Assembly: GCA_951406725.2 (NCBI GenBank)
Contig: OX597833.1
Location: 49,972,001-50,036,000 of the forward strand
Length of the DNA stretch: 64,000 nucleotides
Direction: 5' to 3'
From: Octopus vulgaris
Taxonomy: Eukaryota
Position numbers and translations under genes: made by a program. The notes beneath the pieces are model-generated. The model worked only from the letters and a program-made list of their open reading frames with translations. It made no database searches and was not told the DNA's origin. Of this stretch, positions 41,377 through 53,996 are shown in pieces; position 1 is the stretch's first letter; each line of letters starts with the position of its first letter.

Positions 41377-41670
41377 GGAGGCGCAATGACTCAGTGGTTA
41401 GGGCAGCCGACTCGCGGTCGTAGGATCGCGGTTTCGATTCCCAGACCGGGCGTTGTGAGTGTTTATTGAGCGAAAACACCTAAAAGCTCCACGACGCTCA
41501 GGCAGGAGGTGGTGATCCCTGCTGTGCTCTTTCATCACTCTTTCTTCTGTTGGCCTGCTCGCTTAGCCAGCGAGGTGGCGTCATTCAAAGGCTAAAGCAA
41601 TGCGAATGCATTGTGACCAGCGATGTGTAGCAACATCTGATGGTCTGGTCGGTCACGTGATCACGTGATA
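41377..41670 (+). mobile_element. SINE head C + tail b
   Basis: ggaggcgcaatgactcagtggttagggcagccgactcgcggtc head; tail ends ggtcacgtgatcacgtgata. Confidence 0.9.
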
Positions 41671-41685
41671 TATATATATATATAT

Positions 41686-41991
41686 ATGGTGCGGTGAAAA
41701 AACTGTCGTCTAAATTACACAAAAATGAAAATGACTCTGACATCTCATTTTAACAGCTATATTTACCAAAATTTCATAAACAATATCTTGAAATACTAAA
41801 AAGTAAATTTAATGAATAAAATCGCCATTGGCTTCAACGACGGCCTCCAGATGACTTCGGAATCTCTTGCAACTCTTCTGGACGGTCTCCTTGTTTAACA
41901 TTGTGAATACTACCATAATCCTTGCCTTCAATTCATCTTTGGTGTTACAAGGAGTTTTGTTGATCTCCCGCTTAACTGCGCCCCACACAAA
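41686..41991 (-). mobile_element. Tc1/mariner (maT/DD37D-like) transposase C-terminus (41809-41991) plus probable 3' end
   Basis: Minus strand: FVWGAVKREINKTPCNTKDELKARIMVVFTMLNKETVQKSCKRFRSHLEAVVEANGDFIH*, typical of the post-DLNPLDY C-terminal region; adjoins (TA)n. Confidence 0.85.
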
Positions 41992-42259
41992 TTGGTAAGT
42001 GATGGATTTAAATTGATAAGTAATGGAGACGGTTCCTTCGATTAGAACCCTTCAAAGCTGTGCCACAGTATGGCTGCAGTTAAATGATTGAAGCATTTAC
42101 AAGATAAAAAATTTCACTAACATTTTATGATGAAAATCCCCACATTCTCAAAACTATCTCCTGTTATTTTCACTCAGCAATCCGCCACCTAGTTTCACCT
42201 CTGATGTCCCCGGTTCAATCCCGGGTTTCGGCATCCGGAGGCTGCCACGAAACATTTTG

Positions 42260-42480
42260 GGGGCGGCGAGTTGGCAGAAACGTTAGCACGCCGGGCGAAA
42301 TCCGTAGCCGTATTTCGTCTGCCGTTACGTTCTGGGTTCAAATTCCGCCGAGGTCGACTTTGCCTTTCATCCTTTCGGGGGTCGATATATTAAGTACCAG
42401 TTACGCACTGGGGTCGATGTAATCGACTTAATCCGTTTGTCTGTCCTCTCTATGTTTAGCCCCTTGTGGATAATAAAGAA
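42260..42480 (+). mobile_element. SINE family B monomer
   Basis: ggcggcgagttggcagaaacgttagcacg ... aataaagaaa. Confidence 0.92.
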
Positions 42481-43504
42481 ACAGATATATATATCTACCA
42501 ATACAATATTCACGTTCAACATAATACGTAGCAAAGTACCCCTCCCCTCAGTCACAGCTGCCTCGGCTCAAGAAGCACGCTTACTATAACATGAGCTACT
42601 TTCCTAATCTACTCATGCTTAATTCCCGCCAAATTTTACGGCTCCTGTCAACGATAAGTCGATGAAGACCTAAGTCAAATCGTGGTATTTTTTTTTACAT
42701 ATGTTTTATTATAATTGCTTATAATTACTGCCCCCAGTTGAAATATTTAATTCTAATCTATTTATCAAATTAAAATTTCAACATTAGAGACAATAGTAAA
42801 ATTTAATTTCCTCATTTAGCACGTGAATATTATTGGCAATTAGAATCATTTGAAGAAAATAAATTAGATTGAAATTTTTAAATTCTTAATTTTTGACCCA
42901 AGAGATGGTAGATTTGGTCGTTATCGTCAGGCCGGAGTCTGTGTAGCATGTGCCATGAGGTTAGCAGTCTAATTAGTAAGCTAGTGGCGCACTCTCTCGG
43001 TCATGCTGTTCGTCTTCTGTAACGGGCGTTTTCTCCTCTTCTTCTTCTTCCCTTTTCTACATGATCAAGTTTCTGTCAATGAGTTTTATTTTAAGGAATG
43101 CACAATCCGATTGAAATAATTAATTCTTCTTGATAATTTTAATTTAGATGAAAAATTGTATGATCTGTAATCCACTCGTTGAATTAAACTTCGTTTTGAG
43201 AAATGTCACTGTGTGATTTACAAAGTTGTTCTGGTTAGAGATCGTTTCAAATTTTGGCGCAAGTTCAGCAATTTAAGGGGCAGTTTAACGTGAATATCAT
43301 CAGCCCTGATGCTAAGATGTTACATATTTTATCGATTCCGAAATGATGAAAGGCAAAGTCGACCTCGGCGGAATTTGAACTCAAACTCAAAACTTTCTAT
43401 CAGATTGCCACCTTATATAACAAATGCTAACAAATGTCTCTTACTTAGGCGTAAAGCATGACATAATAAAACTGGAGATTCAAGTATCTCTATTTATCTA
43501 ATGT

Positions 43505-43806
43505 GGAGGCACATCGCCTAGTAATTAGAGCAGCGGACTCGCGGTCGACGGATCACGGGTTCGAATCTCAGACCGGGCGGTGTGTATGTGTATGAGCGAA
43601 ACACCTAAGCTCCACGCGGCTCCGGCAGAAGGTAATGGCGAACTTCTGCTAACTCTTTCGTCACAACTTTCTCTCACTCTTTCCTCCTGTATCTTGCAGC
43701 TCACCAGCGACGGACCGATGTCCCGTCCAGGTGGGGAACCTATACGCCAAGGTAACTGGGAAACCGGCCCTCATGAGCCAGGCATGGCTCGAGAAGGAAC
43801 AAACAA
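43505..43806 (+). mobile_element. SINE head C + tail c, with degenerate 13-bp TSD (tatttatctaatg / tatttagccaatg)
   Basis: tRNA-like head ggaggcacatcgcctagtaattagagcagcggactcgcggtc. Confidence 0.88.
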
Positions 43807-43956
43807 TATTTAGCCAATGGAGTAAAGGTATCGAGAAAATGAAATAAGAAATGGAATCAAAATTTTGTTGTGTAATCAGTCAACCGAGAACAGACTTGGT
43901 ATTTTCGTATCGTTACTCATTTCCAGGTTTAAATTGGTTTCATATTTTAACACAGA

Positions 43957-44805
43957 GCCGATGATGTCAAACTGGTCGCTCCTCGCGGTGATATAGAGGA
44001 TCTTCGTCGATGCCTTCACCAAATTTGGAGATGGTCTAACGAATGGGACCTGTGTCTGAACGTGTCAAAGTGCTGTCATCTGCATGTTGGCTCTCCTCCT
44101 GCAACTCAACTTGATTTCGAGCCGGGTCGTCTGCTGCTGAAGAGGACCGACCAGGTAAAGGACCTGAGTATCTTGGTGGATTCCTCCTTTTCGCTTTCGG
44201 CCCAGTGCGTCCATGCTGCCAACAAAGCACACGGAGTTCTGTTCTTGATTCGACGGTCATTCGACGCTCTATGTCACGCTGGTGAGACCCATATTGGAGT
44301 ACGGGATTCAAGCCTCTTCTCCTTATCTTCTCAAAGACATACAGCATCTCGAAAGAGTCCAGAAGCTGGCTACCCGCATGATTCTTGGTCTCAAGAATTT
44401 GTCTTATGAAGAAAGGCTGAAGACGCTCCACCTTTATTCTCTAGAAAAACGACGACGCCGTGGTGATCTCATTCTTGCTCACATCATAAGCGGAAAGTGT
44501 AACCTCTCGAAAGAGCTGTTCTTCACTCCTGCTCCAGAGCGGCGGCTGCGAGGTCACTCCGAAAAGCTCTATCTGCGATGATTTCATCTCAATCGAAGGA
44601 GAGGGGCTTTCTCCGTCCGGGTTGCGGATCCGTGGAATAAGCTGCCGGACGAGATAGTGAAGATGCCGATGACCGCTCGGTTCAAAGTCTCCCTTGACCA
44701 CAAGTGGCCTGAACTCTTTACATGAACACCACCCTGTACATAACTCCATGTCCCCCTACATAGCCTTGCTTTTTGCTTTTTGAGCCAAAAAATTAACTAA
44801 CTAAC
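43957..44805 (+). mobile_element. 5'-truncated CR1-like LINE (RT C-terminus from the ADD motif to a (TAAC)n tail), inserted inside an old SINE B copy
   Basis: ADDVKLVAPRGDIEDLRRCLHQIWRWSNEWDLCLNVSKCCHLHVG...KDLSILVDSS; after a frameshift RPILEYGIQASSPYLLKDIQHLERVQKLATRMI.GLKNLSYEERL..L.LYSLEKRRRRGDLI; stop at 44579-44581. The flanks join into the B-family motif. Confidence 0.93.
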
Positions 44806-45888
44806 ATTTCGGTGGAGAAGGTACGTCGATTACAATGAGCCAATGCTGAGCTGGTATTTATTTTATCAACCCCTAAAGGATGAAAGGTTTATATTAAAAG
44901 TTTTCTTATTAATAGTTTTGCATTTCAGTTAAATTGTAATTAAAATATCTGTACAAATAAACTATGGGACAAGAACATGATGTACATATATCTGTGGATA
45001 ATGTCAGATATATTTGGCAATAGTTCTATCAGTTAACGAAGCTCAAAATTGTGTTACGTATACTTAAATTGTTGCAGATATATTCAGCCAACTTACACGT
45101 TAATTTCACACTTAGGAGAAATTCAGCTCATCGAAGATCTTACTGGTCATCGTCGAAACCGACGAGGACTCCGTTATGAACTTTGTTTGGCTTTCTCGCT
45201 TTTCTGAAATTTAATATAAATGTTACTGAACGTTGTGTCCTCATCCACTCGCTAGTAGCTTCCACTTGAATTTATCGACAAATTAGTTCTCTGTAGAATC
45301 AAGTTGTATCAACTAATATCTAACGAAGCAAGATATCACATTCTAGTTGAATGCAGAATTGATAATTAACGCTTAGGATATTAATAAATGTTATATATAT
45401 ATATATATATATAAATATATATATAATGTGATTGCACAATTAATATTTATATTACATAATATAATCGTAATTGAACATTATAACTTCAAATTTGAACGAA
45501 CGCAATGCGGTTCCTCCTCTCGAATTATTAACATATGACTATCTACTTTTACTAAACTAGTAGCAAGTTTATCTGATAAGTAAGACAAATATGCATAGTT
45601 TAATTGCTAATAGTTAGTAAAGATGCGCCAGTGAAGTAGGGAAAGTCCGTAGTAGAATTGTAACGTCCAGTAAATCTTGAATATTCATACGTAATCCACG
45701 AGGGCAGAAACATAAATTTGGGTTAATCGTCTCGCAAAATATTTAGGTCCCACCATATTGTTTGCACAGATATAATTGCTGTGAAGTCTGTTAGAGTCAG
45801 ATTTACGAACAACTTGCAAGATATTTCACATAGATAGAAGCAAAAATCAGCTCCAGATGAAATATCCTGCTTAGCTACGTACATACAT

Positions 45889-46200
45889 GTGGAGGCACAA
45901 TGGCCCAGTGGTTAGGGCAGCGGACTCGCCGCGGTCGTAGGATCGTGGTTTTGATCCCCAGGCCGGGCGTTGTGAGTGTTTATTGAGCGAAAACACCTAA
46001 AATCTCCACGAGGTTCCGGCAGGGGATGGTGGTGACCCCTGTTGTACTCTTTCGCCACAACTCTCATTCTCTCTTCTTGTTTCTTGTGTAACGCTGCGAT
46101 GGACTGGCGTTCCGTCCAGCTGCGGGGAACACATACGCCACAGAAACCGGGAAACCGGGCCCATGAGCCTGGCTAGGCTTGAAAAAGCGACGAATAAAAG
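45889..46200 (+). mobile_element. SINE head C + tail d, 12-bp TSD acgtacatacat (45877-45888 / 46201-46212)
   Basis: Head and exact TSD seen. Confidence 0.92.
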
Positions 46201-46900
46201 ACGTACATACATATATAAATATATATATCGTTGCTATTACGCAAAAGTGTTGTAAGGCCTAAACGTTGGTTTTTCAGAAAACGAAAAAATAGTTTCACCA
46301 TTCCATTTTAGTTACTTTTTACATTAGCAACAGTTTCAGCTGGACAATAATACTTTTTTTGGCTGCATAAAATCGTAGCTCCATGCATGTATGATATTTT
46401 CAGTTAGAAATATTTGTTCAAAGCTGTCGTATGTGGGGCTTGCTACACTTTTGAAAAATGCTAAACCGTTGTTACACTTTGACAATTTTCACCTTAAGCA
46501 GCAGGAGATTTTATATATATATCTATGTATATATGCGTGCGTATGTTGTATTAAACCATTTCTATTTATTATTTTAATAATCTATTCAGCAGGCGCTAAA
46601 TTTTGTTTGAAAATCTAATTGTTGCCTTCATATTCAGCAGTTTGTATTCAAATGTACGGTTACATATGTCACAACATCGCTTCATATTCATTCATCATAA
46701 TTGCGTCAGAAATTGCTAGAGTACAGCACTATCGACAGAAATTTTAGCTATATACCGGAATATCTAGGTTTATCAACCGACTAAAAGTAAGAACAAGACC
46801 TGTAAAAAAATATTTACATATCGTTATGTATTGTTTTGTTTAAAATATATAGTAGTAGTAGTAAAAAAAAAGTTTAAAGTTGAATCGTAGGAGTTTTAAA

Positions 46901-47315
46901 GGATCTTTTCGGTTTGAACGGCAGTTTTTCTAGCGGTGTCATATAAAATTGTCACCCATAATTATGACCCTAGTATCGATCTATTGTTTTAAGGTTAGGG
47001 TTAGTTAGGGTTAGGGGTGGGGGAAGGGTATCTTTTTTTCTTCACAAATGTAAATAAACCCAATCTGTTTCTTAAATGAGGGACATTTTCATTCGGCACA
47101 GAATGTTTTCACCTCAATAGACAGTCATTGATTGGTTGAAATTGCAGAAATTGAAGAAAAAAACAACAAGAAATATCTTACAATCTATAGAATTTTCTCA
47201 ATAAAACCAAGAGAAAAAGATGTTTTATAAACACATTCTACCAGTATACGAAGTTTAAAAGTGTTTAGTTACTTGGAAATTATTTTTAAACCTGCCGTTC
47301 AAACCGAAAAGATCC
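46901..47315. mobile_element. MITE with 24-bp TIR GGATCTTTTCGGTTTGAACGGCAG and internal (TTAGGG)-like repeats
   Basis: TIRs at both ends; second copy in opposite orientation at 62902-63211. Confidence 0.92.
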
Positions 47316-47626
47316 GTTTCAAATAATGTATTCGCTTTTCTATTAATATGTTTTTACGCTTAATTATTCTTCTGTCAAATAAACGTGTGTAAAGCTGATA
47401 GAAAAATGTTATACAGTTCGATTATTTATATTTAAATAATAGTAAAAACATAGATCAGCTTTCAGATGGATATTCTAATTGTGTAATTTAATCAGGAGAC
47501 AGTAACTGACTGCTGGACTAAAAGCTTTGTAGTGTTACAATCTACTTCTTCAATAAGTTAGAGTACAAACCCCAAATTAATTGCGTTTACGATTCACTTC
47601 TCCGCGACTATAAAATAGATAACACA

Positions 47627-48222
47627 AGGCGGCAAGTTGGCAGGAGCGTTAGCATGCCAGGCGAAATGCTTAGCGGTATTTCGTCTGCGTTAGGTTGTGA
47701 GTTCAAATTCCGCCGAGGTCGACTTTGCTTTTCATCCTTTCGGGGTCGATAAATTAAGTACCAGTTACGCACTGGGGTCGATGTAATCGACTTAATACCT
47801 ATGTCTGTCCTTGGTTGTCCCCTCTGTGTTTAACCCCTTGTGGGTAATAAAGAAATAGGTATTTCGTCTACCGTTACGTTCTGAGTTCTAATTCCGCCGA
47901 GGTCGACTTTGCCTTTCATCCTTTCGGGGTCGATTAAATAAGTACCAGTTACGCACTGGGGTCGATGTAATCGACTTAATCTGTTTGTCTGTCCTTGTTT
48001 ATCCTCTCTTTGTCTAGCCCCTTGTGGGTAGTAAAGAAATACTTGTTTCATCTGCCGCTACGTTCTGAGTTCAAATTCCGCCGAGGACGACCTTGCCTTT
48101 AATCCTTTCGGGGTCAATTAAATAAGTACCAGTTACGCACTGGGGTCGATATAATCGACTTAATCCGTTTGTCTGTCCTTGTTTATTCCCTCTATGTTTA
48201 GCCCCTGGTGGGCAATAAAGAA
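47627..48222 (+). mobile_element. SINE family B trimer
   Basis: One head followed by three ~184-bp units. Confidence 0.93.
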
Positions 48223-48740
48223 ACAAAAAAATGGATAGCAGTAACATACTGAGTGAAGTAAACATCGGAGGTATTGCAAGATTTTCTTTTAAATCCATCG
48301 TAATGTCGGAATGCCTTTCCATATAATCAGCAGATATCTTATAAGGCCAAAAGCCTTTCGCCCTTTATTGAATATTATCTTTGCTAACGACTATAATCTT
48401 TCTCTAAAAATCTGCAACGTTTTGTCGAAGTTACAGATCGATTTTATAATTCCATCTGCAAATGAAGTTGATTCACACAACCAAGTCTTCTCTAAAAATT
48501 TGGCAATTCCAAGTTTCAGAATTAAAAATAACATAGTTAATTGTTCACTCGCAATTAATTCCCATATCATGATTACTTTCGATTTTTTTTCAATTAATCT
48601 AAAATAAAATTTCGACCACACATTTGGTTCTGAAAGAAAATCAGCACATCTAGCGATTTTTTTCTCTGCTTTTGGTCTTTGCTGACATAAAGTATAATTC
48701 AGGTTAAACACATCTTTTGTGAATGCAGAACGTGAATTAC

Positions 48741-48838
48741 CTGTCATATTCAATGTAAACATTGCTATCGTCGATGTTTATATACCACTGCTTGTATAAT
48801 ATATTTCGACAACACCTATGATTATATATGAACAGTGG
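48741..48838 (-). other. Candidate 98-nt exon of the minus-strand gene
   Basis: Acceptor ctttcttttctttcag and donor CAG|gtaatt; one fully open frame PLFIYNHRCCRNILYKQWYINIDDSNVYIEYD (phase 0 to 2). No recognisable homology. Confidence 0.35.
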
Positions 48839-49036
48839 CTGAAAGAAAAGAAAGTCCAACCCACAACAACCAGCTGTTCACTTTTACCAAGGAAATTAAA
48901 ACTATTTGCCATCGGGTGAATCTAACCCACATGTAAATATATATTTTGTTTCGTTTCAACTTTGCTTTTTCTTTATATTGTTGTATTTGCTCTTACTATT
49001 TATTGTGTGTGCGTATATGAGTGTGTGTGCATGTTT

Positions 49037-49071
<35 letters not shown>

Positions 49072-49310
49072 TTTGTATTTAAATATCTGACACCAGTTTA
49101 GATTTCAACACTGACATTATACAACCTCGGAGAGCAGTGCAGATCTGAAGTTTTATGTTACCTTGGGTTATCTGGAAAGACCCCATTCAATACATATATA
49201 GCTGGGTTATATCAACACAGAGGATTGGCAATGCAACCAGATGCCCATCTTGTATATGGGATCAGATGTCCAATTTCTTTGATCTTTAACATAATATAAG
49301 TGGTTTATGC

Positions 49311-49378
<68 letters not shown>

Positions 49379-49722
49379 ATATATAAATAATTATGTGAAC
49401 GTTGTTTAGGGCAATATACACTCAGTCATTTCGTTTATTTGAAATGAGGCTTCTCAATGTCTTAAATAATATTTATATCGCATAGAAATGTGAGAATATC
49501 TTTTTACAGTCGAGTGAGAGAGATATTTATTTAGATATTTGTTTTCTCCGATATAAATTACAGATATGATGGTAAGAGAGCTAGTTTGTACGTAAAAGAA
49601 AAAAATGTGAATTCTATAAGACGGCTACAAAAAGGAAATAACAAAATGGCAGCAAAAATCATTTAAAGTGGGGTCTTCATACAAAAGATTGATTTGTCAT
49701 TCACGTGGAGCTGCAAAAGCTA

Positions 49723-50235
49723 CCGTAAATCCTCGAGTATAATCCGCATTTTTTCCCCTAAATATAAAAGTCAAAATCCCCAGTGCGTACTATTTACGAG
49801 GTTAAAACTGAAAATAATTTTCTAAGCAATGTCCGAGTCTCTATTTGCTGTCTGGCTATGTTTATTCAGACGCATTTTGTGATGTCGGGCGGGAAAATAT
49901 CTTAAGCTAAGACTGTAAGCAATGAAGTCATAAAAGAATCATCCATAACATGCAGTAAGCAACATTTATTAAATGTTATTACTGTTATTACTTTATTTTC
50001 TGCAAACAAAATGCACAAAAAAGCTACAGGTTTGCATTATGTTATATATACAATAATAATAAAGGACGTTACTGTATACATATTTACAAACCAAGGACGT
50101 TATATAGAACTCCTTGACTCAAGTAAGAGAGTGGGTGCGTATTATACATAAGGTTTAGGTTTTTCAGGGGTACAGCCCCGCTAAAAATCCCCTGCGTATT
50201 ATACTCAAGGGCGGACTATACTCGAGGATTTACGG
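49723..50235. mobile_element. Non-autonomous Tc1/mariner-pogo (Tc2-like) element with TA TSD
   Basis: TA-CCGTAAATCCTCGAGTATAATCCGC ... GCGGACTATACTCGAGGATTTACGG-TA; internal subterminal tgcgtattata..caagg repeats. Confidence 0.92.
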
Positions 50236-50769
50236 TACGTAGATTCTAAGTTCAAATCTCAATAGAAATATTAATAATTTAATGAATCAATAAAGATAAT
50301 ATTCTGGGAATAATTCTTTCATTTTGTGAATATTCCAGCGATGAATCTTTCCTTTTGTTCAACTAGTCATAGAGTCAATTCTTGCATTAGAAGGAAACAC
50401 AGTAGAACAATCTCAGGCGCAGTTTCAATGAATATCGTACACCAACGAAACGAAATAACTATTCTAGGGTAATTTAGATCGGCACTCCAATGAATCTTTC
50501 ACTTTTGTCTCCTTAGAGCTTTCAGTCACATTCTGCAGAAACATCATACAGTTAGTTGCAGAGCCAGCTGAAAAATTCGGTGCAGACGTCAGTTAGAACT
50601 ACCACCTAATTCTCTAAAAACAGATAATTAAAACTGGTTCAATTCATGAAACATTAACGGATGAGACTCGATTTGAATACTCAGTAGATTTCTTGTAACA
50701 AAGCAGTCACTAGAAATATCATCAATAGCCTTATATTTTCTTACGTACAAAGAATTTTCATTTAATTGG

Positions 50770-51125
50770 CCAGGAGTAGCTGTGTGGTAAGTAGCTTGCT
50801 AACCAACCACATGGTTCCGGGTTCAGTCCCACTGCGTGGCATCTTGGGCAAGTGTCTTCTGCCGACCAATGCCCTGAAAGAAGCCTGTCGTATATATGTA
50901 TATGTATGCATGTGTGTGTCTGTGTTTGTCCCACTAGCATTGCTTGACAACCGATGCTGGTGTGTTTACGTCCCCGTTACTTAGCGGTTCGGCAAAAGAG
51001 ACCGATATAATAAGTACTGGGCTTACAAAAGAATAAGTCCCGGGGTCGAGTTGCTCGATTAAAGGCGGTGCTCCAGCATGGCCGCAGTCAAATGACTGAA
51101 ACAAGTAAAAGAGTAAAAGAGTAAA
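50770..51125 (+). mobile_element. SINE family A, young, internally deleted; followed by diverged antisense A fragments to ~51700
   Basis: Family motifs. Confidence 0.9.
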
Positions 51126-51713
51126 CAGAAAGAAATATACTAATTATATCCCATATTGATGGCTACACATTTGCAGGGGTAAAAGCGTAGAATGGCACGT
51201 ATGATATTGATCTTCAGGGTTAAACAACTTTTCAGTCCTTAGACTCTGGCCATGCTGAGGAATTTTAGTCGAATGAATCTATCTTAGCACTCGTTTGTTT
51301 TCAAAGTCTTGTACTTATGCTATCGGTTTCTTTTAATATAAATTAATATGAGTTAATATAACTTAATATAAGTTAAGTAGACGTAAACAAACAAACAGCG
51401 GTAGTCAAGCGGTGGTAGGGGATAAACACAGATACAAAGACACACGGGTTTCTTTCAGTTTTCGGATGCCAATTTCACTCACAAGTCGGCCCGAAGCTAT
51501 ATAGCATAAGACACTTTGCACAAGGATAAATCCTAGAACCATGTGGTCCTATTTCATAACCACACCTGTGTTTGCGTAAGTACAAATATATATATATATG
51601 TACTTATTCTATCGGTCTCTTTTGTCGAACCGCTAAGTTACTGGGACGTAAACACATCAGCATCAGTTGTCAAGCGATGTTAGGGGGACAAAGTCACACA
51701 CAAACTGTATACT

Positions 51714-51992
51714 ACGTGACGTGATTACGTGACCTACCAATATTTCAAACGTTATTACACAGCGCCGGTCACAATGCCCTTTGAAGCGTTTTAGCCTTCG
51801 AAATACACCACTCTGCTAGCTAGGCGACGAGGGCAAAGTTCCCCTCTCCCAATTGAAAGGTAAATTGGAGTAGCGAGAAATGATGATGTGTTGCTCAAGA
51901 AAACAAGGCGCCGCCAAGCCAGAGAGTCGAATCGAACCCCCGCTCTGGCGATCGTGAGTGCAACAGCCTAACCACTAGATCACGTGCCTTCA
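51714..51992 (-). mobile_element. SINE head D + tail b, diverged
   Basis: Minus strand begins gaaggcacgtgatctagtggttagg and ends gaaggctaaaacg...cattgtgacc...ggtcacgtaatcacgt, as in the 41377 tail. Confidence 0.78.
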
Positions 51993-52918
51993 TATACCCC
52001 CCGCACACGCAGACACACATATGTATGCATACAAATATATATAATTCCTATCTTAACTATCAAACGGTCCATATATCATATATTATTTTCTTTCTGACTG
52101 TTTTATGAAGTGAAACAGAGAAACAATAAAGCCAACAACACAATGTATTTCAATACGAAGAAATTTTTTGTTTGTTTTCTATATTATTCAGGTAACTTTG
52201 CAAATAACTTCAGTGACTCGCAATCGCCATTCTCTTTCTACGGTGTCTTGATTTTTTCACGTCTTCATGTCATAAATATATCTTTCACCTTCCAATTCGT
52301 TTCTTATTGTTTTCTCGAACTTTTATGCACGCACGTGAAGACTGGCTATTTCATTCGTCACCAAAAGTTAATATATATATATATATATTAAGTGTGAGTA
52401 TTTAAGTATGCATGTATGTATGAATGTCAGTATGTATCTATCTGTCTATCTCCATTTATACATATCTATACATAAATACTTACATACATAAATACAATGT
52501 ATATACAGGTTACAAATACAAATATATACGTACATTCATAAGCATATTCAAAATGATTTATTGTCTTTGGATACACATATATTTCCTTCGTCTACCTGTA
52601 TGGAGCATATACGTTCTGAATTAATCTTCCTAGATAGTTTGTCAATAATCTCAGCGTAGACGCCTTACCGCTTTCGTAGATCTTCACAAATATTTCTATC
52701 TTTATAACAGAAGAAAAAGCGCCCCGGAGAGATACTAGATAACTTTAATATATATATATATATATATATTATTAGAGATGTACTTGCATAGCAAGTGACT
52801 TGATATTAGATCGTGTGCTGGAACGAAAACTTTTTGCAGCGCGGAAGGTGTTTAAGAAACACAAAACCGTTAGATTCACTTCAACTTTTAAATTTAATTT
52901 GTCAAAATATTTTCGTCG

Positions 52919-52959
<41 letters not shown>

Positions 52960-53404
52960 TCTTTTACTCTTTACTCTTTTATTTATTTCTGCAATTTGAC
53001 TGCGGCCATGCTAGAGCACCGCCTTTAGTCGAACAAATCGACCCCAGGACTTATTCTGTGTAAGCCTAGTACTTATCCTATCGTGTTCTTTTCCCAAACT
53101 GCTAAGTTACGAGAACCTAAATACACCAACAGCGGTTGTCAAGCACGGACACACAAATCCATATATACATATATATACGTAACATATGGTATAATTATCA
53201 ACAGGGCAAATTTTAGTCAATTTTCCGTAGACTGTAAAAATGACGAGATGGGTTTCTTTCAGTATCCGTCTAACAAATCCACTCACTAGGTTTTGGTCGG
53301 CCCGAGGCTATAGCAGAATACACTTGCCCAAGGTATCACGCAGTAGGACTGAACCTTGAACCAAGTGATTGGGAAGTAAGCTTTTTACCACGCAGCCACG
53401 CCCA

Positions 53405-53410
<6 letters not shown>
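52960..53410 (-). mobile_element. SINE family A, diverged full length
   Basis: Family motifs. Confidence 0.85.
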
Positions 53411-53439
<29 letters not shown>

Positions 53440-53514
53440 TCAATATGTGACTGCGCGTGTATCGTCAGCGATTTTTTTTCTCCGTCTTCCCCTCCTTGGA
53501 TCTTTCGTTTTCCT

Positions 53515-53553
53515 ATGTTTCTGACGAAGAGCTCCGCTCGAAACGTTAAATCC
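53515..53553 (+). ncRNA. Minimal type-I hammerhead ribozyme motif (PLE type) within a (TA)n-flanked module 53440-53654
   Basis: gttt-CTGACGA-A-GAGC-tcc-GCTC-GAAACGTT-aaat: canonical CUGAnGA and GAAA boxes, 4-bp stem II, and palindromic ACGT in place of stem III. Confidence 0.7.
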
Positions 53554-53660
53554 TCCTTCTTTATTTCCTTTCCTGAGCGTCCAATAACACTATACTTGTT
53601 CCACGTCCTCGCGTTGCTGTGTTTTCTCGTTGTGCTTTCATGTTTGGATTAACTGTATGT

Positions 53661-53703
<43 letters not shown>

Positions 53704-53817
53704 CATACACATATATATATATATATATATACATACATATATACATACATATAAATATATATATATATACATATACATACATACATATATATGTATATAT
53801 ATATACATATATATTAC

Positions 53818-53860
<43 letters not shown>

Positions 53861-53877
53861 CATACACACATATATAT

Positions 53878-53908
<31 letters not shown>

Positions 53909-53929
53909 CATACATACACACATATATAT

Positions 53930-53960
<31 letters not shown>

Positions 53961-53961
53961 C

Positions 53962-53996
<35 letters not shown>

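Noticed and set aside
41377-41450. tRNA gene-like sequences at SINE C/D heads
   Set aside because: No closed acceptor stem, and they continue into SINE bodies; SINE heads rather than tRNA genes.
46990-47020. Telomere or interstitial fusion site
   Set aside because: Only a few imperfect TTAGGG units internal to a MITE.
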